This document shows, piece after piece, positions 16,788-25,894 of a DNA stretch of 40,000 nucleotides. The notes under the pieces are model-generated. The model ran no database searches, was not told where the DNA came from, and worked only from the letters and a program-made list of their open reading frames with translations. The DNA is from an uncultured Clostridium sp. (GTDB lineage Bacteria; Bacillota; Clostridia; TANB77; CAG-508), in NCBI GenBank assembly GCA_945937855.1, contig CAMEUC010000002.1, positions 17,639 to 57,638 on the forward strand. Direction: 5' to 3'. The first letter of the stretch is position 1. Every line of letters begins with the position of its first letter. Made by a program: the position numbers and the translations under genes.

Positions 16788-17897
16788 TTATCTCTTATTT
16801 CTTAAGAATGTTGGTATATCTAAGTCTCCACCATTGTCTTTATTATCTGCTGCTGTAGGAATTGAGTTTATTTTTTTGTTCCAAGTATTGCTTACTAGAT
16901 TATCTACACCTATTCCTGGTTTTTTCTCATCTTGTTCAAATCCTGTTGCAATAACTGTTATTACAATTTCGTCTCCTAGGCTTTCATCTGTTACTACACC
17001 AAAGATAATGTTTGCTTCTGGGTCAACACTTCTTTGAACAAGTTCTGCTGCTGTGTTTGCTTCTTGTAATCCTAATTCGTTTCCACCTGTAATATTAATA
17101 ATTACACCTCTTGCACCTTCAATAGAAGTTTCAAGTAATGGACTTTGAATTGCTTGTTTTGCTGCATCTTCTGCTCTATTTTCTCCACTTGCTCTACCTA
17201 TACCCATATGAGCCATACCAGTATTTAGCATAACTGTTTTTACATCTGCAAAGTCTAAGTTTATTAATCCAGGAATTGAAATTAAATCTGATATACCTTG
17301 AACACCTTGTCTTAAGATATCATCTGCCATTTTGAATGCTTCTATGATAGATGTTCTTCTATCAATTACTTGTAATAATTTGTCATTTGGAATTACAACT
17401 AATGTATCTACTTTATCTTTTAAATTTGTTATTCCTCTTTCTGCTTGTGTTAATCTTTTCTTTCCTTCAAAAGTAAATGGTTTTGTTACGACACCTATTG
17501 TTAATATTCCTAATTCTTTAGCAGTTGCTGCAACTATTGGAGCAGCACCTGTTCCAGTTCCTCCACCCATTCCAGCTGTTACGAAAACCATATCTGCTCC
17601 TTTTAAAACTTCTGCTATTTCTGCTTTACTTTCTTCCGCAGCTTGAGCACCAATATCAGGGTTTGCTCCTGCACCTAGTCCTCTTGTTAATTTTTCTCCT
17701 ATTTGAATTTTTGTTCCTGCTTTTGATAGTTGAAGGGCTTGTCTATCTGTATTTACTGCTAGAAATTCAACACCTCTTATTCCAGATTCAATCATCCTAT
17801 TAATAGCATTGTTTCCTGCTCCACCTACTCCTATTACTTTTATTGTAGCTGTTCCATCCATCATATAATTGTTTTCTTCGTTTTCTGTGTCCATCAT
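16788..17897 (-). CDS. ftsZ: Cell division protein FtsZ
   Basis: [27 protein letters not shown] tubulin signature and [12 protein letters not shown]-terminal DIPTFLR peptide. Confidence 0.97.
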   Translation of the reverse strand: MMDTENEENNYMMDGTATIKVIGVGGAGNNAINRMIESGIRGVEFLAVNTDRQALQLSKAGTKIQIGEKLTRGLGAGANPDIGAQAAEESKAEIAEVLKGADMVFVTAGMGGGTGTGAAPIVAATAKELGILTIGVVTKPFTFEGKKRLTQAERGITNLKDKVDTLVVIPNDKLLQVIDRRTSIIEAFKMADDILRQGVQGISDLISIPGLINLDFADVKTVMLNTGMAHMGIGRASGENRAEDAAKQAIQSPLLETSIEGARGVIINITGGNELGLQEANTAAELVQRSVDPEANIIFGVVTDESLGDEIVITVIATGFEQDEKKPGIGVDNLVSNTWNKKINSIPTAADNKDNGGDLDIPTFLRNKR

Positions 17898-17944
17898 AAA
17901 GTCAATTCCTCCTTTAATTTTTTATTTTTAATATTTTCAAGCTT

Positions 17945-19174
17945 TTAAGTGTAAAAAAATTCTTTAATTCTTTCCAGTACAGTTTTAAAAAAGCTTTCAT
18001 TTGTTTTTATATCTATACTGCTAGATACGCTTTTTGCAAATGGTCTTGATGAAATGTATCTAACAAGTGCATAGCTAGATCTATACGAAGGTTTTATTGT
18101 GCTTATTAGTCTTCCAGTTGATATTTTTACAGGAATATTTAGGATTATTTTCCCTGCAACATCACTTTTACTAATAGTCGTAATTCCTTGTCCTGTTAAA
18201 ATAACATTATTAATGTTTGCTTTTATACCTTCCTTAGTAACATCTTTATTTATAAGAGAAAAAATTTCTGTTATTCTAGCTTCAATTACCTCTATTAATT
18301 CTGAGCTTTTTATTGTTTTAGCTCTTTCCTCGCCTTTATATGTATTTAGCATTATGTCCGTATCATTATCTATAAAAGATTTTAGAGCTAGTCCGTATTG
18401 TTTTTTTAATCTGTCTGCCTCTTCTTCAGATATGTTAAATACCATTGCAATGTCATTTGTTATTGTATCTCCACCTAGTGGAATTGTATTTGTATAAATT
18501 ATTGCTTCTTCATTAAATACTCCTATATCTGTATTTCCTGCACCAATATCTAATATCATTACATTATCTTTAAGCTCATTTTTATCTAAAATCAATTTTC
18601 TTTCTGCTAAAACATTTGGTATTATGCCATCTATTTCAATATTTACTTTTTTAAATATATTAGTTAGCTTTCTTACATATTCTTTATCTGCTAAAACAAC
18701 TTGTCCTTTTACTGTAAAAGATGAACTAAGCATTCCAACTGGGTCTTCCACTATTCTGCCATTATCTAATGCAAATTCACTTACTACCATATCTATAACA
18801 ACTTTATCCTCAGGGATGTCTATATCTTTTAGTTGAGTAATTGCTGAATTAACATCTTTGCTTGATATTCCTGCGAATTTATCCTTAGGCTCTTTTACTA
18901 TACTATTTTGAACTATAGTAACATATTTTCCTAATATTGTTACATATGCTGAATTTATGCTTAAATTTGCTACTTGTTCCACCTCAGCAATTGTTTTTGC
19001 TATTGCAGAAGCAACTTCTTCTTCATCTGTGATCTTTGATTTTCTCATTCCAAAGCATTTACATTCTGCTGTTGCAATAATCTCAACTTGGTTGAAATTA
19101 TTGACTTCTCCTATAACTGTACTAACTTTGGAGGTTCCTATATCAATACCTACAATAACATCACCGATAGCCAA
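17945..19174 (-). CDS. ftsA: Cell division protein FtsA
   Basis: Actin-like ATPase motifs (VGIDIGTSKV, ILDIGAGNTDIGVF). Sits immediately upstream of ftsZ. TTG start with GGAGGA upstream. Confidence 0.92.
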   Translation of the reverse strand: MAIGDVIVGIDIGTSKVSTVIGEVNNFNQVEIIATAECKCFGMRKSKITDEEEVASAIAKTIAEVEQVANLSINSAYVTILGKYVTIVQNSIVKEPKDKFAGISSKDVNSAITQLKDIDIPEDKVVIDMVVSEFALDNGRIVEDPVGMLSSSFTVKGQVVLADKEYVRKLTNIFKKVNIEIDGIIPNVLAERKLILDKNELKDNVMILDIGAGNTDIGVFNEEAIIYTNTIPLGGDTITNDIAMVFNISEEEADRLKKQYGLALKSFIDNDTDIMLNTYKGEERAKTIKSSELIEVIEARITEIFSLINKDVTKEGIKANINNVILTGQGITTISKSDVAGKIILNIPVKISTGRLISTIKPSYRSSYALVRYISSRPFAKSVSSSIDIKTNESFFKTVLERIKEFFYT

Positions 19175-19322
19175 AATTATTCCTCCGTTTTACATTTTTC
19201 TACTTGGCTATTATAATATTAAATTTTTAGAAAAAAGTCAATAGTTTACGTTACATTTTTGTAATATTTTTGTAACAGTTTTGTAATAAAATTTTTAGTT
19301 CAAATTTACTTCTTCATAAATG

Positions 19323-19347
19323 AAAACGGCGCATGCGCCGTTTTTTT
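19323..19347. terminator. Intrinsic terminator immediately after prfA
   Basis: AAAACGGCGC-at-GCGCCGTTTTTTT overlaps the stop codon. The minus sense has the tail TTTTCATTT. Confidence 0.75.
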
Positions 19348-20407
19348 ATTCTTCCCCACCTTTTAGTTTTTCTGCTCTGTCTGCTGCTATTAAACTGTCT
19401 ATCATTTCATCTAAATCTCCATTTAAGAAGTTTTCCATTTGATAAATGCTTAATCCTATTCTATGGTCTGTTATTCTTCCTTGAGGATAATTATATGTTC
19501 TTATTTTTTCACTTCTATCACCAGTTCCTACTTGGCTTTTTCTTTCATTTGCAAGTTCTGCATCTCTTTTTTCTTTTTCTATATTGTATAGTCTTGATTT
19601 TAAAAGTCTCATTGCATATTCTCTATTTTGTGTTTGAGATCTTTCTGTTTGGCATTCTGCAATGACTCCAGTTGGTACGTGTATTAATCTTACTGCTGAT
19701 GATGTTTTATTTACGTGTTGTCCTCCTGCTCCTGATGCTCTATATACCTCCATTTTTATATCCGCTGGATTTATTTCAATTTCAACATCTTCTACAACTG
19801 GTAGTACTGCAACTGTTGCTGTTGATGTATGAATTCTACCACTACTTTCTGTATCTGGAACTCTTTGTACTCTGTGAACCCCACTTTCAAATTTTAGTCT
19901 ACTGTATACACCTTTTCCAGTAACCATAAATGTTACTTCTTTATATCCACCCAAACCAGTTTCATTTTCATTTAATACATCAATTTTCCAGTGTTTTGTT
20001 TCAGCATACATATTATACATTCTAAATAAAGTCCCTGCAAATAGTGCTGCTTCTTCTCCTCCTGCTCCTGCTCTTATTTCACAAATAATATTTTTATCAT
20101 CATCTGGATCTTTTGGAATTAATAATATTTTTAATTCTTCCTCTATTTGAGGTATTTTCCCTCTTAATTCCTCTATTTCCATTTCAGCAAGCTCTTTTAA
20201 GTCTTTATCATTTAGCATTTGTTTTGCCTCTTCTAGGTCTGACTGTGCTTTTTTATATTCTCTATATTTTTCTACAACATCTACTAGGGTTGCATGTTCC
20301 TTCATTAAATTTTTCCATTCATCCTGTCTTGAAATAACCTCTGGGTCACTAATTTTTTTATTTAATTCTTCATATCTTTGCTCTACTGCCTCTAATTTTT
20401 GAAACAT
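19346..20407 (-). CDS. prfA: Peptide chain release factor 1
   Basis: GGQHVNKT motif, RF1-type PxT tripeptide (RVPDTES), typical N-terminus and 353-aa length. Confidence 0.95.
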   Translation of the reverse strand: MFQKLEAVEQRYEELNKKISDPEVISRQDEWKNLMKEHATLVDVVEKYREYKKAQSDLEEAKQMLNDKDLKELAEMEIEELRGKIPQIEEELKILLIPKDPDDDKNIICEIRAGAGGEEAALFAGTLFRMYNMYAETKHWKIDVLNENETGLGGYKEVTFMVTGKGVYSRLKFESGVHRVQRVPDTESSGRIHTSTATVAVLPVVEDVEIEINPADIKMEVYRASGAGGQHVNKTSSAVRLIHVPTGVIAECQTERSQTQNREYAMRLLKSRLYNIEKEKRDAELANERKSQVGTGDRSEKIRTYNYPQGRITDHRIGLSIYQMENFLNGDLDEMIDSLIAADRAEKLKGGEE

Positions 20408-20479
20408 AAACTTCTCTCCTTATCTTTTTGATTGTTATATTATACAATAATTTTGTTGTTTATTCAATACTAGAAAAAT

Positions 20480-20602
20480 AAATTGTAATTTGTCGAAGTG
20501 GGAAGTGTGAGGTTCGAAGTGAGAAAATAAAGCAGATCCTACGAAGCCCCGCCATAAATGCCCACCTCACACCGCACACATCCCACCTCAACATTACAAT
20601 TT
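20480..20602. repeat. Palindromic repeat family 2, copy B
   Basis: AAATTGTAATTT-GT-rich arm-loop-CA-rich arm-..ATTACAATTT. Positions 20542-20589 are identical to 22537-22584 over 48 nt. The right terminus overlaps the stop codon of the sbcC-like gene. Confidence 0.8.
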
Positions 20603-22460
20603 ACAATTCAATATAATTATAATTTATTCTCAATTTATTCATTGCATTGACTTCTCTATTTGAGCATGTAAAAATAATTATCTGATTTTCTTTAAAATTA
20701 TTATTTAAATAAGATAAAATATTTTCCAAACGTTCTTCATCATAATATGCAAATGCTTCATCTAATATTATTGGCAAATTTTCTTTTGCAACCTCATTTG
20801 CAATTGCAAGTCTTAGAGCTAAATATAGTTGGTCTATTGTTCCTACACTTAAAAGACTAGCATTTACGTAATTTCCATTTTCGGTTTCTACAATTATTCC
20901 CTCATCTTCATTAAAAATAATATTTTTATATTGTTCTCCAATTACTCCTTTAGTATTTTTTAATAAATTCTCAGTAAATTTTGGAGTTATATTATTTTTC
21001 ATTTTATTATATGATTTTTCTAAAATATTTTTTGCAAGTTCAATTGATTGTCCTAATTTTATAATTTCTTCTTCTTCATTTTTTGTATTTTCTAGTTGTT
21101 CTTCTAAATTTATTTTTTCTTCTATATCTTTATTAATATTTTTTTCTGATATTTCTAATGTGTATTTTTCAAATTTTAAATCATTATATTTTTCATCGGT
21201 GTCCTTTATTTCTTCTTCTATTATTTTTAGATCTTTTTTGAATATTTCTAAAATAATATTTTCACCAATAATATTTTTATATTTTTTTAATATTAATTCT
21301 TTTTGTTCTGCTTCTTCTTTTTCTATATTTTTATTTAAATTATTAATATCATCTTCTAAATCCAATATTATTTTATTTATTGTATTTTTTTCATTTTTTA
21401 ATTTTATTATTTCTTTACTATTTAATTTATTTTTATTTTTTATACTCAAAAATAATTTAATTAAAAAATAAATTAAAGAGATTCCTAAAATAATTAATTT
21501 GATATTTAAGTTTATTTTTAATAAAAATATTGCTATATTTAAAATAAATAATATTAGAAAAATAATTAATAATTTTTTATTTATTCTTTTATTTTCTTTT
21601 TTATTTTTTTCAATATCATTTTCTTTTTTATTTATTTTATTTTTATTTTCATTAATTAAATTATTTTTTATATTTATTTCTTCTTGTGCAAATTTATTTT
21701 TTTCTTTTATTTTTTTTATTTCTTTTAATAAATTATTTTTATTTTCTAAATTATTTATTTCATTATCAATATTATTTTTTTGATGACTTATCTCTATTTT
21801 ATTGTTTTCATTATATTCTATTTCTTTTAATTTTTGGTTTAATTTTTCTTGTTTTTCTTTTATTTTATTTAATGGTCTATCTACTGTTCTATCTGTCCCT
21901 ACTTCTTCTATAAATTTTTTATTTAATTTATCTATGGTTTTTTTATAAGAAACATTATCCTCTCCTGTACTTACCATATTAGATATTTTTTGTATTATAT
22001 TTCTTCTATCAGCTGAATTTAAAATAATTTCTTTTTGTTCTGAAAGTACCGAAGAATTAAATGTATTTTCATCCACATTTGTTTGTTCAAAAAAGAACTC
22101 ATTTCCTTTATTTTTATCTATATTAAAACTTTTTGAAATATCTTCATGATTTTCATTATATATTTTTGGATTTTTTTTATTAAATTCTCTATATACTTCA
22201 AATGTCTCTCCATTTTCTAATGTATATACCATTTTTCCAGAAAAATCATCACCACTCCAAGGTTTGTATCTTTCAAAATCAGAAATATCTTTTCCATTTT
22301 TATTCTTAGAAATGCCATAAAACATCGCTTCTAAAAATTTTAAAGTAGTAGTCTTCCCCTGTTCATTTTTTCCATAAATAATATTTATATTTTTATTTAA
22401 ATTAATTTCTTTATTTTTAATTTTACCAAATCCATTTATTTTTAGAAAATTAATATTCAA
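20601..22460 (-). CDS. SbcC/YhaN-like SMC-type ATPase with a central membrane hairpin
   Basis: Walker A GKNEQGKTT and a long K/N/E/I-rich coiled coil interrupted by two hydrophobic helices (LLIIFLILFILNIAIFLL, LIILGISLIYFLIKLFL). C-terminal signature and Walker B (LSVGTIDQLYLALRLAI..LPIILDEAFAYYD). Start reassigned to TTG 22460 (AAGGAGG 6 nt upstream) because the track's 38 extra codons read through repeat copy C. Confidence 0.75.
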   Translation of the reverse strand: MNINFLKINGFGKIKNKEINLNKNINIIYGKNEQGKTTTLKFLEAMFYGISKNKNGKDISDFERYKPWSGDDFSGKMVYTLENGETFEVYREFNKKNPKIYNENHEDISKSFNIDKNKGNEFFFEQTNVDENTFNSSVLSEQKEIILNSADRRNIIQKISNMVSTGEDNVSYKKTIDKLNKKFIEEVGTDRTVDRPLNKIKEKQEKLNQKLKEIEYNENNKIEISHQKNNIDNEINNLENKNNLLKEIKKIKEKNKFAQEEINIKNNLINENKNKINKKENDIEKNKKENKRINKKLLIIFLILFILNIAIFLLKINLNIKLIILGISLIYFLIKLFLSIKNKNKLNSKEIIKLKNEKNTINKIILDLEDDINNLNKNIEKEEAEQKELILKKYKNIIGENIILEIFKKDLKIIEEEIKDTDEKYNDLKFEKYTLEISEKNINKDIEEKINLEEQLENTKNEEEEIIKLGQSIELAKNILEKSYNKMKNNITPKFTENLLKNTKGVIGEQYKNIIFNEDEGIIVETENGNYVNASLLSVGTIDQLYLALRLAIANEVAKENLPIILDEAFAYYDEERLENILSYLNNNFKENQIIIFTCSNREVNAMNKLRINYNYIEL

Positions 22461-22489
22461 AATAAACCTCCTTTTAGAATTAATTAGAT

Positions 22490-22590
22490 AAATTATAATT
22501 TGTAGAGTGTGAAGTGGGAAGATAAAGTAAAGCCTGCGAAGCCCCGCCATAAATGCCCACCTCACACCGCACACATCCCACCTCTATTAA
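22490..22590. repeat. Palindromic repeat family 2, copy C
   Basis: AAATTATAATTT...GTGAAGTGGGAAG...CGAAGCCCCGCCATAAATGCCCACCTCACACCGCACACATCCCACCTC. It fills the whole sbcD-sbcC spacer. Confidence 0.8.
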
Positions 22591-22592
22591 AT

Positions 22593-23657
22593 TCACATAT
22601 TATTTAACCCAATTTCTATAGCCTTTTCTATAATCTCTTTCTCCTCAATTTCCTTATTTAATAAATCTAGCATCTCACTAATAAAAATTCCTTTTAAATT
22701 ATTTTGCGTTGCTATTTCTTCTAAATTATAATTTAATTTCGTTCTATTTTTTATTTTTAAAATATTTTTATTTCTAATTAATTTTAATATTTTATTTTCT
22801 TCTATTTCAAAATTTCTTGTCCCGACTAAAATTAATTTAATCATAACATTTTCTTCTATATAAATATTATTAATAAATTCAACTAATTCTTCTTGTGTAT
22901 TTATATCTGTTATATCTATACTTTTTTCTTCAAATATTCTTTCGTCTAATTTTACAAAATTAATTTCTAAATTATCTTTACTTACGCTAACATCAAGTAA
23001 TCCATGTTCTCCCTGTTCATCAAATCCCAAAGAAACCGTCGATCCTGGATAGACAATATTTTCATTTATAACTTGTCTTTTATGTATATGTCCGATTGCA
23101 ACATAGTCAAAACCAGCTTTTTGTATTTCATTTTTTGATATTGGATTATATAAATTACCTGCATTTTTGCTTGCATCAATATCTCCATGAACTATAAGTA
23201 TATTTATTTTATTTTTATTTTTTATTTTAATATCTTCTACATTAAAATTATTACAATAAAAATTATCAAATCCAAAGCCATAAATGTCAACGTCTTCAAA
23301 TTCATAGCATTTTATTTCTGAATTAAAAATATAAACATTTTTATTCCATTCAAAATTATTGTAATATGAATTTTTTAACATTGGATCATGATTTCCTGGA
23401 GATATAAATATTTTTGTTTCTGGTATTGTTTTAAATAAATTATTTATATACTCTATCGTTGTTTTTTTTACGTAATTATGGTCATATAAGTCTCCAGATA
23501 TAAATAAGTATGGTATTTTTTCTTGTTTTATATAATTAATAGTTTTTTGAAAGACTTGTCTTTGTTCTAGTCTTCGTATATCTCCTAAGTTTTCTTTTTC
23601 TCCTAAAAATGAAAATGGAGTATCAAAGTGCATGTCTGCAATATGTATGAATCTCAT
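22593..23657 (-). CDS. SbcD/YhaO-like calcineurin-type metallophosphoesterase (nuclease subunit)
   Basis: MRFIHIADMHFD, SGDLYD, GNHD and GHIH motifs. ATG 23657 has AAGGAG upstream. The track ORF's 14 extra codons run into repeat family 1. Confidence 0.8.
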   Translation of the reverse strand: MRFIHIADMHFDTPFSFLGEKENLGDIRRLEQRQVFQKTINYIKQEKIPYLFISGDLYDHNYVKKTTIEYINNLFKTIPETKIFISPGNHDPMLKNSYYNNFEWNKNVYIFNSEIKCYEFEDVDIYGFGFDNFYCNNFNVEDIKIKNKNKINILIVHGDIDASKNAGNLYNPISKNEIQKAGFDYVAIGHIHKRQVINENIVYPGSTVSLGFDEQGEHGLLDVSVSKDNLEINFVKLDERIFEEKSIDITDINTQEELVEFINNIYIEENVMIKLILVGTRNFEIEENKILKLIRNKNILKIKNRTKLNYNLEEIATQNNLKGIFISEMLDLLNKEIEEKEIIEKAIEIGLNNM

Positions 23658-23691
23658 ATATATTTCTCCTTTTAATTTATACTTTTGACAG

Positions 23692-23797
23692 CCGCCCAAT
23701 CTCGTCGGGGTTTAATTTTTCTTTTTTAGGCACCTCTAGGTAATCCCTACTTTGGATTCTCCTAAAAGAAGAAAAATTAAACCCCTGCGTTGGGCTA
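23692..23797. repeat. Hairpin repeat family 1, intermediate copy
   Basis: CCGCCCAATCTCGTCGGGGTT-[about 70 nt: AT stem TAATTTTTCTTTTTTAGG../..CCTAAAAGAAGAAAAATTA plus tip]-AACCCCTGCGTTGGGCTA. Confidence 0.75.
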
Positions 23798-23821
23798 ATA
23801 ATATTTTTAGTTTAAATAATA

Positions 23822-24382
23822 TTACACATTCTCTAATAATTCATTTCTTGTTATTACAGTATTTATATGAATATTTGCTTGTTTTTTTATTTGTAATTCT
23901 ATTTTTTTATCTAATATGTATAGTATTGCTTGATTTATATCTTTTTCTAATAGTTCATTTATGTAGTCTATATCTGGAAGGTTCCTGTCTTTACTTGTTC
24001 TATCTGCAATAAATAATATTTTAGATAGCTTGTCCATTTTTGGCAATCCGGTTGTGTGTGCTTTTATTGCATTGCTCATAATATCATCAAATCCAAAATA
24101 TTTTTTTACCATGTCTGCACCAATTTTCGCGTGTAATAATGATATATTTTTTCTTTCTATTTCGTCCACTTCAATTTTATTAACTTCACAATATTCTAAT
24201 TTTTCTTCATCTGTTAATTCTTTTGCAATATCATGTGAAATCCCTACTTTTTTTGCAGTTTCAACATTAAGATCAAATTTTATAGCAAGTTCTTCACATC
24301 TTTCCATTACACATTGTGAATGATAATATCTCTTTTCTGATAATCTGCTTTTTATTTCTTTTTGTATTTCTTCTAAATTCAT
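23822..24382 (-). CDS. yqeK: YqeK-type HD-domain phosphohydrolase (bis(5'-nucleosyl)-tetraphosphatase family)
   Basis: 186 aa. HD motif region (RYYHSQCV...GISHDIAKE) and typical YqeK size. RBS AGGAG. Confidence 0.75.
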   Translation of the reverse strand: MNLEEIQKEIKSRLSEKRYYHSQCVMERCEELAIKFDLNVETAKKVGISHDIAKELTDEEKLEYCEVNKIEVDEIERKNISLLHAKIGADMVKKYFGFDDIMSNAIKAHTTGLPKMDKLSKILFIADRTSKDRNLPDIDYINELLEKDINQAILYILDKKIELQIKKQANIHINTVITRNELLENV

Positions 24383-24401
24383 AATTTTCTCCTATTTTCT
24401 A

Positions 24402-25781
24402 TTATAATATAGCATCAAAAATTTCCCCAAATTTCATTCCATTAGATGCTTTTAATAAAATTAAATCATCTTTTTGAATTTTAGCGTTTAGAATTTGGGC
24501 TGCCTCTTTGTTATTATCACATTCATAAACTTCTTTTAATCCTTTTTCTTTTGCTGTTTTTGCAATATTTTTCGATAGTTCCCCAACTGTTATTAATATA
24601 TCTATATTATTCTTAAAAACCTCATTGCCAACTTCTTCATGTAATTGTTTTGCAAAATCTCCTAATTCTAACATATCTCCTAAAACAGCAATTCTCCTAT
24701 TTGCTTTGTAAGATTTGACTACTTCTAATGCAGATTTTACAGAATCGTAGCTCGCATTATAATAATCTGCTATGACTATAGCATCATTTTTCACTTTTTT
24801 AAAGTCCATTCGCTTAGATGTTAATTTAAAGCTACTAATTCCTTGAATTATTTTTTCAGGTTCAATATTTAGTGTTTTTCCAACAGCTATTGCGCATAAA
24901 CTATTATATATAAAATGTCTTCCTCCAACAGGTACTTTTACCTCATATTCTTTTTCATTGATATTTACTTTATATTCTGTTCCGTCATTTTTTTCTTTTA
25001 TTTCTTTTGGAATTAATTTACTTTTATTTACAATTCCGTATGTAAAAACATTATAGTTATCCACAGTTTGTGCCCAATTACTTAATAAATCATTATCATT
25101 ATTTATAATAACTGTTCCATTTTCTTTTAATCCCTCTAATATTTCTAGTTTTGCTTTTAGAATATTTTCTCTTGAACCTAAATTTCCAATATGCGATGTA
25201 CCAATATTTGTTATAACCGCTACTGTTGGTTTTGCTATATTGGTAAGTACTCTTATCTCATTAAAGTGGTTCATGCCCATTTCAACTACAACAGCTGTGT
25301 GATCTTTTAATTTTAGCAAAGTCATTGGGAGTCCTATATGGTTATTAAAATTTCCTTCTGTTTTTAAAACATTATATTTTTGACTTAAAATACTTGCAAT
25401 TATATCCTTAGTGCTTGTTTTCCCAACACTTCCGGTAACTGCAATAACTGGAATATCATATAAGCTTCTTTTATATTTTGCAATTTCTTGAATAGCCTTT
25501 GTGCCATCTTCTACTTTTATAATAGTACTATTATTATATTTTTTTACTATATTTTCTTCTGGCATCTCATCAACTAGGCAAACAGATGCACCTTTTTCTA
25601 GTGCCATTTCTAAAAACTTATTTCCATTATTATTCTCCCCTTTTATTGCAACAAAACAGTCTCCTTTTTCTACTTTTCTAGAATCAATTACAAAATTATT
25701 AAATTTATTTTCTATATTATTTGTAAGTAATAATCCATTACAAATTTCTTTTATTTTTCGTGGAGTTATTTCTTTTTGCAT
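24402..25781 (-). CDS. murF: UDP-N-acetylmuramoyl-tripeptide--D-alanyl-D-alanine ligase
   Basis: Mur ligase P-loop (VTGSVGKTSTKD), a central domain and a C-terminal MurF-like region. RBS AGGAGG. Confidence 0.9.
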   Translation of the reverse strand: MQKEITPRKIKEICNGLLLTNNIENKFNNFVIDSRKVEKGDCFVAIKGENNNGNKFLEMALEKGASVCLVDEMPEENIVKKYNNSTIIKVEDGTKAIQEIAKYKRSLYDIPVIAVTGSVGKTSTKDIIASILSQKYNVLKTEGNFNNHIGLPMTLLKLKDHTAVVVEMGMNHFNEIRVLTNIAKPTVAVITNIGTSHIGNLGSRENILKAKLEILEGLKENGTVIINNDNDLLSNWAQTVDNYNVFTYGIVNKSKLIPKEIKEKNDGTEYKVNINEKEYEVKVPVGGRHFIYNSLCAIAVGKTLNIEPEKIIQGISSFKLTSKRMDFKKVKNDAIVIADYYNASYDSVKSALEVVKSYKANRRIAVLGDMLELGDFAKQLHEEVGNEVFKNNIDILITVGELSKNIAKTAKEKGLKEVYECDNNKEAAQILNAKIQKDDLILLKASNGMKFGEIFDAIL

Positions 25782-25894
25782 TACTTCCTCCTATTTTATT
25801 ATATTTTTACATAGATATTTTATAACAATTTATTTTATTTGGAAAGACTTTTACAAAAAAGATTGTCATATTTTTCTGACAATCTTTTTTTCTT

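Noticed and set aside
20480-20602. Micro-ORF inside family 2 repeats (MAGLRR.., preceded by GAGGTGGG)
   Set aside because: The similar peptides in copies B and C simply reflect DNA repeat identity. In copy C the frame runs into sbcC by chance, and copy A does not conserve it. It was judged non-coding.
21160-21913. Plus-strand ORFs within the sbcC-like gene, and similar antisense ORFs across ftsZ, ftsA, prfA, the ABC-F gene and others
   Set aside because: These are F/L/I-rich products typical of the reverse strand of AT-rich coding DNA. They are fully nested in well-supported genes and have no RBS.
22461-22574. N-terminal 38 codons of the track ORF 20601..22574, and likewise 23658..23699 of ORF 22593..23699
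   Set aside because: These extensions translate the repeat elements. Internal starts (TTG 22460, ATG 23657) have strong SD sequences and coincide with the conserved N-termini (Walker A region; MRFIHIADMHFD).
16518-22590. Repeat family 2 as a CRISPR array
   Set aside because: The copies are 2-4 kb apart and are themselves long palindromes. One is inverted, and there is no regular repeat-spacer periodicity and no cas genes.
659-23797. Family 1 hairpins as an integron cassette array or CALIN (attC sites)
   Set aside because: The copies are 8 and 15 kb apart and separated by housekeeping operons rather than by promoterless cassettes. No intI is in the window, and the left box (GCCCAAT) deviates from RYYYAAC. 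Only the architectural analogy is kept.
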